A stretch of 64,000 bases of DNA from Chloroflexota bacterium (GTDB lineage: Bacteria; Chloroflexota; Limnocylindria; Limnocylindrales; CSP1-4): NCBI GenBank assembly GCA_025935925.1, contig JAICUI010000010.1, forward strand, positions 6,307 to 70,306, written 5' to 3'. Position numbers and translations under genes: made by a program. Shown here piece after piece: positions 17,805 to 26,911 of this stretch; position 1 is the first letter of the stretch, and each line of letters begins with the position of its first letter. Under the pieces are notes generated by a model, which saw nothing but the letters and a program-made list of their open reading frames with translations, did no database searches and was not told where the DNA came from.

Positions 17805-18797
17805 ATGTCCTCCGCCCCGCTCCATCTCCGCGGCGCGCTCACCGCGCTCGTCACGCCGTTCGCGGCCGACCGGTCGCTCGACGAGGCCGCCTATCGTCGC
17901 CTGTGCTCCTGGCAGGTCATGGCCGGGACGGACGGCCTCGTCCCGGTCGGCACGACCGGCGAGTCCCCAACCCTGACCCAGGCCGAGCGCGAGCGATGCA
18001 TCGAGATCGCCGTCTCGGTCGTCGCGGACCGCGTCGCCGCCGGCGCACCGCGGATCCCCATCGTCGCGGGCACCGGGACGAACGACACGCGCGCGTCGAT
18101 CGAGGCGACCCGCCGTGCGGCGGCCATCGGCGCCGATGCGGCGCTGATCGTCACGCCGTACTACAACAAGCCCGACCAGCGGATGCTCGAGGCGCACTTC
18201 CGCGCGGTGGCCGACGAGGGCGGGCTGCCGATCGTCGTGTACACCGTCCCGGGACGAACGGGCGCCAACGTGGAGGCCGACACGTTCCTCCGGCTGGCCG
18301 AGCATCCGCGAGTGATTGCCGTGAAGGAGGCGAGCGCGAACCTGGAGCAGATCGCCGTGATCTGTCGGGACCGCCCGGCCGGCGTGTCGGTGCTGTCCGG
18401 CGACGACGCCGCGACCCTCCCGATCCTCGCGCTCGGCGGCGACGGCGTCGTATCCGTGGCGAGCAACCAGGTTCCGGGCGAGGTGTCGGCGATGGTCGAC
18501 GCGTGGCGGTTCGGCGACGTGGGCGAGGCGCGGCGGATCCACGAGCGGCTGCTGCCGCTGTTCCGGGCGAACTTCCAGGGCGCCCCGAACCCGGTTCCGG
18601 CGAAGGCCGCGATGCTCGCGATGGGCCTCCTCGACCGGGACGCGGTTCGTGCGCCGCTGCTTCCGCTCGACGATGCGCCGCGCGACCGGCTCGTCGCGAT
18701 CCTGCGCTCGCTCGGGCTGGTCGACGGCGGGGGCCGGGAGCGGTCGGGCGCGACGGTGGCCGCCACGCGCGACCTCGGCGCCGGGGCCGCGGCGTGA
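17805..18797 (+). CDS. dapA: 4-hydroxy-tetrahydrodipicolinate synthase
   Basis: ALVTPF, GTTGESPTL, TPYYNKP, YTVPGRTG, Schiff-base KEAS, LSGDD, NPVPAK. Confidence 0.95.
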   Translation: MSSAPLHLRGALTALVTPFAADRSLDEAAYRRLCSWQVMAGTDGLVPVGTTGESPTLTQAERERCIEIAVSVVADRVAAGAPRIPIVAGTGTNDTRASIEATRRAAAIGADAALIVTPYYNKPDQRMLEAHFRAVADEGGLPIVVYTVPGRTGANVEADTFLRLAEHPRVIAVKEASANLEQIAVICRDRPAGVSVLSGDDAATLPILALGGDGVVSVASNQVPGEVSAMVDAWRFGDVGEARRIHERLLPLFRANFQGAPNPVPAKAAMLAMGLLDRDAVRAPLLPLDDAPRDRLVAILRSLGLVDGGGRERSGATVAATRDLGAGAAA

Positions 18798-19684
18798 GGG
18801 CCGTCGACGGTCGAACGGAGGCGCGCACGGCGCCGCCGGCGCGGCGCGACGTTGCGCCGGTCCGGGCGCCGGATCGCGCGCCGGTCCGGGCGCCGGTCCG
18901 GGCGCCGGCCAGGGCGCCGGACCTTGCCCCGATCCTCGCGGACCTCGACGCCGGGACGCGTCGTGCCGCCGTGCCCGACCCCACGGCGCCCGGCGGGTGG
19001 CGCGCGGACCCAGAGGTGAAGGCCGGGATCCTTGCCTGTTTCCGCGATCGATCGACGTCGGCATGGGACCTCGACGGCGCGCTCCAATTCCGCGACCGCG
19101 TGGGCGTGCCGCCGAAGGCGCTCCTGGCCGGTGGATGGCGGATCGTGCCCGGCGGCACGTCCGTGCGCGCGGGGGCGTACCTCGGGTCCGGCGTCGTCGT
19201 CATGCCGCCGTCGTTCGTCAACGTCGGCGCGTGGATCGGCGAGGACACCATGGTCGACTCGCACGTGCTCGTGGGCTCGTGTGCCCAGGTCGGCGCGCGC
19301 GTCCACCTGTCCGCCGGCGTCACCATCGGCGGAGTGCTCGAGCCGGCCGGCGCGCGCCCGGTCATCATCGAGGACGACGCGTTCGTGGGTGCGGGGTCGT
19401 CGCTGCTGGAGGGCGTGCTGGTGGGTCGCGGCGCGGTGATCGGGGCGGGCGTCGTCCTCACCGCGACGTCCCGGCTGTACGACCTCGTCCGTGAGCGGGT
19501 GCTCGCCGGGACCGCGGACGCGCCGCTCGCGGTGCCGGCGGGCGCGGTGGTCGTGCCGGGAACGCGGGCGGTGAGCGGCGCGTTCGCGGCGGCGCACGGG
19601 CTCGGCGCGAGCGTCGCGCTCCTGGTCAAGGACCGCGATGCGGGCACCGACGCCCGGCTCGTGCTCGAGGAGGCGCTGCGATGA
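18794..19684 (+). CDS. dapD: Tetrahydrodipicolinate N-succinyl/acyltransferase
   Basis: RIVPGG, MPPSFVNVGA, MVDSHVLVGSCAQVG, IGGVLEP..ARPVIIED, ends LEEALR; GTGA overlap with dapA. Confidence 0.9.
   Translation: MRAVDGRTEARTAPPARRDVAPVRAPDRAPVRAPVRAPARAPDLAPILADLDAGTRRAAVPDPTAPGGWRADPEVKAGILACFRDRSTSAWDLDGALQFRDRVGVPPKALLAGGWRIVPGGTSVRAGAYLGSGVVVMPPSFVNVGAWIGEDTMVDSHVLVGSCAQVGARVHLSAGVTIGGVLEPAGARPVIIEDDAFVGAGSSLLEGVLVGRGAVIGAGVVLTATSRLYDLVRERVLAGTADAPLAVPAGAVVVPGTRAVSGAFAAAHGLGASVALLVKDRDAGTDARLVLEEALR
18854..18925 (+). repeat. Six tandem 12-nt units (GCGCCGGnnnnn) encoding APVR-APDR-APVR-APVR-APAR-APDL in the dapD N-terminus
   Basis: Read directly: gcgccggtccgg occurs three times plus three variants, in register. 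Confidence 0.85.
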
Positions 19685-21036
19685 GCATGCTCCGTGAACC
19701 CGGCCCGCAACCGGGCAGGGCGGCGGACGGGACGCGGCGCGGCCGGCCGCCCGCCCGTGACGAGATCCTGCGCAACGGGCGCCTCGGCGGGATGGACCCG
19801 GCGGAGCTCGCGGCGCGGTTCGGGACGCCGTTCTACGCCTACGACCTGGACGTCGTGACACGCCAGGTCGCGGGTCTCCAGGCGGTGCTGCCGGTGCAGG
19901 CGGACCTCGCCTTCGCGGTCAAGGCGAACCCCAACCTGTCCGTGCTGCGGCACCTCGCCGGGGCCGGGCTCGGCGCGGACGTCGCATCGGCCGGCGAGCT
20001 CGGCCAGGCGCTGCGTGCCGGGTTCGCGCCGGACCGCATCGTGTTCACCGGTCCCGGGAAGCGTGACGAGGAGCTCCGCGCCGCCGTCGAGGCCGGCGTC
20101 CGCGTCGTGACGGTCGAGTCGCCGGGCGAGCTGCGGCGCCTCGCCGCGATCGCGGAGGCACTCGGACGTCGCCAGCCGGTCCTGCTCCGTGCCGCCGTCT
20201 CGGAGGCGGCGCGCCTCGAGCGCGTACGACTGGTCGGGGACGATGGCGCCGGGAAGTTCGGGATGGACGCCGCGGACCTGCGGGTCGCCGCGGCGGAGGC
20301 GGTCGCATCAGCATGGCTCGAGCCGATCGGCGTGCACGCGTTTGGCGCGTCGAACCTGCTCGACGCCGCGGCCCTTGCCGCGCACGCCGAAGCGACGGTC
20401 GAGGCCGCGCTGGACCTCGCGGCCGAGGCGGGCTTCGCGCCGCGGCTGGTTGACGTCGGCGGTGGGCTCGGCATCCCGTACGACACGGGCGATGACCCGC
20501 TCGACGCCAGGCGGCTCGGCGCGCGGCTCCAGGCGCTGGCCGACCGGCTGGCCACGAGCCCGGCGGCGCGCGGCGCCCGGATCCTGCTCGAGCCGGGTCG
20601 GTTCCTCGTCGGCGCGGCCGGCGCCTACGTCGCGCGCGTCGTCGACCGCAAGACCGTGGGTGGCCGCCACGTCGTCGTCCTGGACGGCGGGATCCACCAC
20701 GTGCTGCGCCCCGCGCTCGTCGGCCAGGAGCACCGGTTGCGGGTCCTCACCGGTCCGGCGGCGACGCGCACCGCCGCGAACGCGCAGCGCTTTCCGGTCA
20801 CCGTCGCCGGCCCCTTGTGCTCCGGGCTCGACGTGTTCGCCGAGGCCGCGGTCATGGCACCCCCGGATATCGGCGACCTCGTCGCGGTGCTCGACGTCGG
20901 GGCGTACGGGGCGACCGAATCGATGCCGTTCTTCCTGTCCCACCCGTTGCCGCCGGAGATCGCGCTCCGCGGCGGGGCGGCCTGGGTCGCGCGGCCGAGG
21001 ATCGACCCGGAGGTCTGGCTCGGCTGGCAGACGTAG
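19681..21036 (+). CDS. lysA: Diaminopimelate decarboxylase
   Basis: GTPFYAYD, PLP lysine FAVKAN, DVAS.GE, GKFG, DVGGG, EPGR, GPLC, GAYG; last gene of the dap operon. Confidence 0.88.
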   Translation: MSMLREPGPQPGRAADGTRRGRPPARDEILRNGRLGGMDPAELAARFGTPFYAYDLDVVTRQVAGLQAVLPVQADLAFAVKANPNLSVLRHLAGAGLGADVASAGELGQALRAGFAPDRIVFTGPGKRDEELRAAVEAGVRVVTVESPGELRRLAAIAEALGRRQPVLLRAAVSEAARLERVRLVGDDGAGKFGMDAADLRVAAAEAVASAWLEPIGVHAFGASNLLDAAALAAHAEATVEAALDLAAEAGFAPRLVDVGGGLGIPYDTGDDPLDARRLGARLQALADRLATSPAARGARILLEPGRFLVGAAGAYVARVVDRKTVGGRHVVVLDGGIHHVLRPALVGQEHRLRVLTGPAATRTAANAQRFPVTVAGPLCSGLDVFAEAAVMAPPDIGDLVAVLDVGAYGATESMPFFLSHPLPPEIALRGGAAWVARPRIDPEVWLGWQT

Positions 21037-21116
21037 CGGGGCTCACCCCGCGAACGGCGGCCGCGCGCGGGGCGAGGGCCGATCGCGCGCGCGAGCCGCG
21101 CCGAACGCGCGCGACC

Positions 21117-21314
21117 CTACATCGAGGGCTGCGACGAGGAGTCGTACTCCTTCGGGTGGTCGACCTGGTCGCGCTCGCGGGTTCGATCGAAGATCTGGAA
21201 CGTCTCGTCGACCGACTTCCCGTTCTCCCGCGCGGCCGCCTGCAGGTCCTCGTACGTGATGTTGTTCTGGCCCATCTCCTTGTGGGCATCCATGCAGCCA
21301 CAGGTCAGACACAT
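21117..21314 (-). CDS. Small hypothetical protein (65 aa) with N-terminal CxxCGC..H motif
   Basis: MCLTCGCMDAHKEMG..; GAGGAG RBS 8 nt upstream; GC3-rich codons. Confidence 0.75.
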   Translation of the reverse strand: MCLTCGCMDAHKEMGQNNITYEDLQAAARENGKSVDETFQIFDRTRERDQVDHPKEYDSSSQPSM

Positions 21315-21468
21315 GGCGTTGGCTCCTCGTGCGTGAGTGGACGTCCTGACCGTGCGCCCGGCGGCGACGACCACGTCACGACAAGCCGCGAGACCGTGTC
21401 GCAGGCGGCTTGCAGTCCGCCGCCGCTGCCGCCCGCCGGCCAGCAACGCGTTCGTCAGCGTCGCTTCG

Positions 21469-22551
21469 TCACGCCCTGGCGCCAAGCCGGAACTCGGGCC
21501 GCCGACCGAGGAGGACCCACGGCACGACCAGCGGCGCCACGAGCCGGATGAGCACGTCGGCGAGGATCGCAGGCGCCGGGATGTCGAACGACGGGTACGC
21601 GAGCAGGACGGCGAGCAGCGGGGTCATCGTCGGCATCGCCATCGTCTGGTAGTGGAACTGCGTCGCGGGCCACAGCGCGGGCACCGCGAGCCACCCGGCC
21701 GCCCGCCGGTCGCGCACGGCGAGCAGCAGCAGCGCCACGAGGAGCGCCACGAACAGCGGCCAGCGCCCGAAGGCCGAGAAGCCGCCGAACGCCTCGCGCA
21801 GGAGGCGCCCGTTGATGTCGGCGGAGTCGCCGAGCCACGCCCGCCACAGGTCGAACGCGAGGACGATGGTCACCGCATTCGCCGCGATCGCCAGCGCGAT
21901 GTGCCGCCACCGTGCCTCGCCGAAGAGCGGCACGAACGCATAGACCTTGAGCATCGTCGCGAGCGCCGACGCCGGACCCCAGCCGACGAGCAGCAGACCG
22001 ACGACGAGGATCTGCGGATTGGCCGAGAACAGCCCCTCGACGAGCGGCGGGAACAGCAGCCAGTACCAGTCGAGCTTGAGCCGCCACACGGTGAACGCGG
22101 CGGCGGCAAGCCCGGCGCTGACCGCGAGCAGCGTGAACAGCTCTTCGGGCAGGACGGTGAACGGCGCGTAGACGAGCGTCGTGACCGGCGTGCCCGCGTA
22201 GTGGAACGTCGTCCCGAGGACGTTGACGCCGGCCTCCCACGGGTCGCCGCCGTGGACCCACGCCCACGCGCCGCGGTAGTAGATCCGCGAGTCGATGCCG
22301 ATGGGGAACGTGCGGTCGACGAAGAACGACACGCGCTGCCAGCTGTTCCACGCGAACCACAGCGCGAGCCCGATGGGCCAGACGAACCGCGCCAGCGCGT
22401 CGAGCTGCCGCGCCCACTCGCGGCCCGGCGCCGCGAGCCACGTGTCGAGCGTCTCGCGGATGCCCCACGGGTCCCGCCGTCGCAGCTCGGCCACCGCCCG
22501 GGGATCGCCCGGCGCGAACAGCCGGTCGATCAGCCTGCGCAGCGCATCCAC
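21469..22551 (-). CDS. GT-C fold membrane glycosyltransferase (GT87/DUF2029-like)
   Basis: DSRIYYRGAWAW..GGDPW..FHYAGTP followed by multiple TM helices and LKVY. Confidence 0.65.
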   Translation of the reverse strand: MDALRRLIDRLFAPGDPRAVAELRRRDPWGIRETLDTWLAAPGREWARQLDALARFVWPIGLALWFAWNSWQRVSFFVDRTFPIGIDSRIYYRGAWAWVHGGDPWEAGVNVLGTTFHYAGTPVTTLVYAPFTVLPEELFTLLAVSAGLAAAAFTVWRLKLDWYWLLFPPLVEGLFSANPQILVVGLLLVGWGPASALATMLKVYAFVPLFGEARWRHIALAIAANAVTIVLAFDLWRAWLGDSADINGRLLREAFGGFSAFGRWPLFVALLVALLLLAVRDRRAAGWLAVPALWPATQFHYQTMAMPTMTPLLAVLLAYPSFDIPAPAILADVLIRLVAPLVVPWVLLGRRPEFRLGARA

Positions 22552-22598
22552 CCGCCGATGATCCCCAACCGGACGGCGCGTCGCAACCGGCCGGCGCG

Positions 22599-24956
22599 CT
22601 ACTCCACGACCGACGGGGTCACGAACCGCGTCCGCGAAGCGACCTCGACGACGGGCCCGGTCAGCGTGATCGTCGTGGCCAGCGCCAGGTCGGCGGAGGA
22701 GGTGCCGACCTGGATGGCCACGTCGCCGGGTTCGACGACCCGGCGGTAGTCGATGCCGGAGAACGCCAGCTGCTCCGCGGCGAGCTCGAACCGGACGCGG
22801 CGGCACTCCCCCGGCCGGAGCGCGACGCGCCGGAACCCGCGCAGCTCGAGGACCGGGCGCACCACCGAGGCCTCGAGGTCGCGGACGTACAGCTGCACGA
22901 CGGCGTCCCCGGCCCGCGCCCCGGTGTTCGTGACCTCGACGGAGACGCTCACCGTGCCGCCGTCGGTGGGCACGCGCGCCTGGTCGACCGCGAGGTTCGC
23001 GAGCGCGAAGGTCGTGTACGAGAGCCCGTGCCCGAACGGCCACAGGGGCGTGGTCGGCCCGTCCACGTACGGGCCCTTGGGGTTGGAGCGACCGCCCGTC
23101 GGGTGATGGCGGTACGTGACCGGGACCTGGCCGACGGTCCTCGGAAACGACACCGGCAGCCTGCCGCCCGGGACGACGTCCCCGGCGAGGACCTCGGCGA
23201 TCGCCTGCGGGCCGGCATCGCCCGGCACCCAGGCGAGCACGACGGCGGCGCAGTGCTCCGCGGCCCAGGCGAGCTCCAGCGGCCGGCCGCTCACGACCAC
23301 GAGGACGCACGGCGTCCCGGTCGCGACGACCCGCTCCAGCAGCTCCTGCTGGCGGCCGAGGAAGCCGAGCGTCGATCGGTCGCGGAACTCGCCGGTCGTG
23401 GCGTCGTCGGTCAGCCCCGAGCGCTCGCCGAGGACGACGATCGCGACGTCGGCGGCGCCCGCGGCCTCGACGGCGGAGGCGAGCTCCTCGTCGCTGCCAT
23501 CCCTGAGGCCCGACCCGCGCGCGTAGGTCACGACGTCCTCGCCGAACCGCTCGCGGAGCCCGGTCAGGATCGTCGGTGCGCCGGCGAGGTCCGGGATGGG
23601 CAGCGGATCGGTGAGCGGGAACCCGAAGGTGTCGTCGCGGAGCCGGCCCTCGTTGAGCGTCTCGAGATGGAGCACGTGCCCGTAGTCGCCGATGAGGTCG
23701 CGGGCGCTGTCGGCGAGCGGCCCGACGACCGCGATCCGACCCGGCGTCCGGCCGAGGGGCAGCGTGCCGTCGTTCGCGGCAAGCACGATCGACCGCCGGA
23801 CGAGCTCGAGGGCCGCCGCGCGCTCGGTGGCCTCGAGCGCGGTCACGGCGTCGTCCGATGGCGCGTCGACATACGGCCGCTCGAAGAGTCCCAGCCGCAG
23901 CTTGAGCCGGAGCACCCGCTCGACGGCGGCATCGACGTCCGCCTCGCGGATCCGTCCGTCGGCGATGGCGGCGAGCAACGGCGACCCGTACGCGGACGTG
24001 CTCGGCAGCTCCGCGTCGACGCCCGCGCGGAGCGCCATGCCGGCCGCCACTCCCAGGTCGCCGGTGAGCCGGTGCGCGGTCGACAGCATCTCGACGGCCA
24101 TGTAGTCCGACGCGACGATGCCGTCGAACGCCCAGCGCCGGCGCAGCACGTCGTCGAGCAGCGCCGCGGAGGCGTGGCACGGCACGCCGTCGACGTCGCA
24201 GTACGCCGGCATGATCGAGGCGATGCGGCCCTGTCGCACGGCGGCCTCGAACGGCGCCAGCTGTTCGTCCTCGAGCTCCCGCCGGCCCGCGTGCACCGGC
24301 GCCTGGTTGAGCCCGCCCTCCGCGAGGCCGTGGCCGACCATGTGCTTCGCGGTCGCCGCCACGCCGTGCGCGAGCGACGGGCCCTGGATCGCCTCGACAT
24401 AGGCGAGGCCCATGACCGTGGCGAGGTATGGATCCTCGCCGTACGTCTCCTCGATGCGGCCCCAGCGGGGGTCGCGGCCGGTGTCGAGCACCGGTGCGAG
24501 CGCGTGACGCCCGCCCATCAGCAGCATCCGGCGGCGGAGCGTGTCGGCCATCGCGCTGACCGAGTCGGGGTCGAACGACGCCGCGGCACCGATCGACTGC
24601 TGGAACACGGGTGCGCCCGCGGCAAGCACGCCGTGGAGGGTCTCCTCGTGGAGGATCGCCGGGATCCCCAGGCGCGTCTCCTTGACGAGGAACCGCTGGA
24701 TCTCGTTGCCCAGCGCCGCCGCCGTCGCCAGCCCGGCGTTCGACGCGCCGGCCACCCGGCTGACGTGCCCGATCCCCTGCCCCAGCAGCCCGCGCGCCCG
24801 CGACGGGTCGAGCGACCCGCGACCGACGAGCTCGAACGACCACGCGGAGCCCAGCTGCGCCACCTTCTCGCCGAGCGTCATCCGCGCGAGCAGGTCGGCC
24901 GCGCGCACCTCCACGGGAAGCGACGGGTCGCGGTAGCGCTCCTCGGTCGTCGCCAT
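22599..24956 (-). CDS. GH3 beta-xylosidase/beta-glucosidase (BxlA-like) with Fn3-like tail
   Basis: MTLGEKVAQL, HEETLHG, RDPRWGRIEETYGEDP, KH, nucleophile SDY, FGHGLSYT. Confidence 0.93.
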   Translation of the reverse strand: MATTEERYRDPSLPVEVRAADLLARMTLGEKVAQLGSAWSFELVGRGSLDPSRARGLLGQGIGHVSRVAGASNAGLATAAALGNEIQRFLVKETRLGIPAILHEETLHGVLAAGAPVFQQSIGAAASFDPDSVSAMADTLRRRMLLMGGRHALAPVLDTGRDPRWGRIEETYGEDPYLATVMGLAYVEAIQGPSLAHGVAATAKHMVGHGLAEGGLNQAPVHAGRRELEDEQLAPFEAAVRQGRIASIMPAYCDVDGVPCHASAALLDDVLRRRWAFDGIVASDYMAVEMLSTAHRLTGDLGVAAGMALRAGVDAELPSTSAYGSPLLAAIADGRIREADVDAAVERVLRLKLRLGLFERPYVDAPSDDAVTALEATERAAALELVRRSIVLAANDGTLPLGRTPGRIAVVGPLADSARDLIGDYGHVLHLETLNEGRLRDDTFGFPLTDPLPIPDLAGAPTILTGLRERFGEDVVTYARGSGLRDGSDEELASAVEAAGAADVAIVVLGERSGLTDDATTGEFRDRSTLGFLGRQQELLERVVATGTPCVLVVVSGRPLELAWAAEHCAAVVLAWVPGDAGPQAIAEVLAGDVVPGGRLPVSFPRTVGQVPVTYRHHPTGGRSNPKGPYVDGPTTPLWPFGHGLSYTTFALANLAVDQARVPTDGGTVSVSVEVTNTGARAGDAVVQLYVRDLEASVVRPVLELRGFRRVALRPGECRRVRFELAAEQLAFSGIDYRRVVEPGDVAIQVGTSSADLALATTITLTGPVVEVASRTRFVTPSVVE

Positions 24957-25876
24957 CAGCCCTTGACCGCGCCGCTCGTGAGCCCGCCGACGAGCTGGCG
25001 TTCCGCGACGGCGTAGAAGGCGATCGCCGGGATCAGCGACACGACCGTGAACGCGAGCACCTTCGCGTGGTCCGACGAGTACTGGGTCGAGAAGTTCATG
25101 ACGCCCAGCGGCAGCGTCCACTGGTCGGCGCCATTGAGGACGACCAGCGGCAGCAGGAACGCGTTCCACGTGCCGACGACGGCCAGGACGGACACCGTGG
25201 CGAGCGCCGGCCGCGCGAGCGGCAGCAGCACCCGCCAGAAGAACCCGAACGACGAGCAGCCGTCGATCCGGGCGGCGTCCTCGAGCTCGGCGGGGATCGC
25301 GCGGAAGAACGGGCGAAGGATCACGATCGACAGCGGCAGCGCGAAGGCCGCCTGCGGCAGCGCCACCCCGAGCAGGTTCCCGCTGAGCCCGACCTGCTTG
25401 ACCAGGATGAACAAGGGCAGGATCGCGACGGCCGACGGGAACAGCAGCCCGAACACGAACAGCGTGAACAGCGCTTCGCGGCCGCGGAACGCGAACCGGG
25501 CGAACACGAACGCCGCAAGCGACGCGAACAGCACGGTGAGCCCCACCGCGACGACGGCCACGATCAGGCTGTTGAGGAACTCCCGCCAGAAGGTCGGCGC
25601 GAACGAGCCGACGAGCACCTCGCGGTAGTTGTCGAACACCCACGGATCGGGGATCACGTGGACGGGGTTCGCGACGAGCTGGCCGTTGGTCTTGAACCCA
25701 CCGAGGATCGAGTACCCGATCGGGACGAGGATCGCGGTCGCGACGACGAGCATCACCACGAACGAGGTCACGCCGATCACGGAGATCCGGCGCGCCGCCG
25801 CGCGGGACCGCGCGCCGGTCGCCGCGCCGATGTCGGCGCCGGTGCCCGGGGCGGAGGTCGAGGTCGACGTCGCCAT
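24956..25876 (-). CDS. Carbohydrate ABC transporter permease (MalG/BxlG-like)
   Basis: EAA loop ELEDAARIDG, WNAFLLPL, TLPLG. Confidence 0.93.
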   Translation of the reverse strand: MATSTSTSAPGTGADIGAATGARSRAAARRISVIGVTSFVVMLVVATAILVPIGYSILGGFKTNGQLVANPVHVIPDPWVFDNYREVLVGSFAPTFWREFLNSLIVAVVAVGLTVLFASLAAFVFARFAFRGREALFTLFVFGLLFPSAVAILPLFILVKQVGLSGNLLGVALPQAAFALPLSIVILRPFFRAIPAELEDAARIDGCSSFGFFWRVLLPLARPALATVSVLAVVGTWNAFLLPLVVLNGADQWTLPLGVMNFSTQYSSDHAKVLAFTVVSLIPAIAFYAVAERQLVGGLTSGAVKG

Positions 25877-25878
25877 CG

Positions 25879-26805
25879 TCAGCCGCCGAAGGTGGTGAGG
25901 GCGCCATCGGTGTCGCGCCGCAGCACGAACCGCTGGTACGCGAGGGCGACGACGAGGCTGACGAGAAACAGCAGCACCGCGAGCGCCGACCCGTAGCCCA
26001 TCGCCTGGCTCTTGAAGCCCGCCTTGAACATGGCGATCGCCATCGTGGTCGAGGCGTTCAGCGGCCCGCCGTTCGTCGTGACCCACACCATGTCGAACAG
26101 CTGGAGCGCGCCGATGACCGACAGGAAGACGGACACCCGGATCGTCGGCCCGAGGAGCGGCAGCGTGACGTAGCGGAATGCGCCGCGCCGATCGGCGCCG
26201 TCGATCAGCGCGGCCTCCTCGAGCTCCTTCGGGATCCCCTGGAGGCCCGCGAGCATCAGGATCATGTGGAACCCGAAGTACTTCCACGAGACGATCACGA
26301 ACAGCGTGAGCATCACGATCGCGGGATCGCCCAGCCAGTCCTGGACGAGCGACCCGAGACCGACGCTCGTGAGCGCCGAGTCGACGAAGGCGCCCGGCTG
26401 GAGCAGCAGCCGGAACACGATCCCGGTCACCGCCTCGGACAGCACGTAGGGCAGGAAGAACAGGAGGCGGAACACCCACCGGCCGGGGAACCGACGGTTG
26501 AGCATCACCGCCAGCGCGAGCGAGAACGGGATCTGGATCGCGAGCGAGAGCACGACGATCAGCAGGTTGTTGCCGAACGCGTTGACGAACCCGCCCGATC
26601 CCAGCGCGACCTGGTAGTTCTTGAGGCCGATGAACTCGGTGAGCGGCGTCAGGCCGTTCCACTTGTACAGGCTGAAGTGCGCCGCCTGCGCGATCGGGAA
26701 CAGGACGAACACGACGTACAGCGCGAGGGCGGGCGCGAGGAACAGCGCGATCGCGAGCGTCTTCGATCGGCGGTTACCGGTGCGCGCGCGGCTGAGCGCC
26801 GTCAT
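25879..26805 (-). CDS. Carbohydrate ABC transporter permease (MalF/BxlF-like)
   Basis: FIGLKNY, EEAALIDGA..FRYVTLPLL, GGP, GYGSA. Confidence 0.93.
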   Translation of the reverse strand: MTALSRARTGNRRSKTLAIALFLAPALALYVVFVLFPIAQAAHFSLYKWNGLTPLTEFIGLKNYQVALGSGGFVNAFGNNLLIVVLSLAIQIPFSLALAVMLNRRFPGRWVFRLLFFLPYVLSEAVTGIVFRLLLQPGAFVDSALTSVGLGSLVQDWLGDPAIVMLTLFVIVSWKYFGFHMILMLAGLQGIPKELEEAALIDGADRRGAFRYVTLPLLGPTIRVSVFLSVIGALQLFDMVWVTTNGGPLNASTTMAIAMFKAGFKSQAMGYGSALAVLLFLVSLVVALAYQRFVLRRDTDGALTTFGG

Positions 26806-26832
26806 CTGCGTCCTCGATCGCGCCGGGGAATC

Positions 26833-26860
26833 GAGCGGGCCGGCCGGGGCCGGCCCGCTC
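26833..26860. other. GC-rich stem-loop between the binding-protein and permease genes (likely mRNA stabiliser/attenuator)
   Basis: GAGCGGGCCGGCC-gg-GGCCGGCCCGCTC, perfect 13-bp inverted repeat. Confidence 0.7.
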
Positions 26861-26911
26861 CTGCCATGGGTCTACGAGCGCCGCTCGCGGACTCCGGCAA
26901 CTCCCTCGGAC

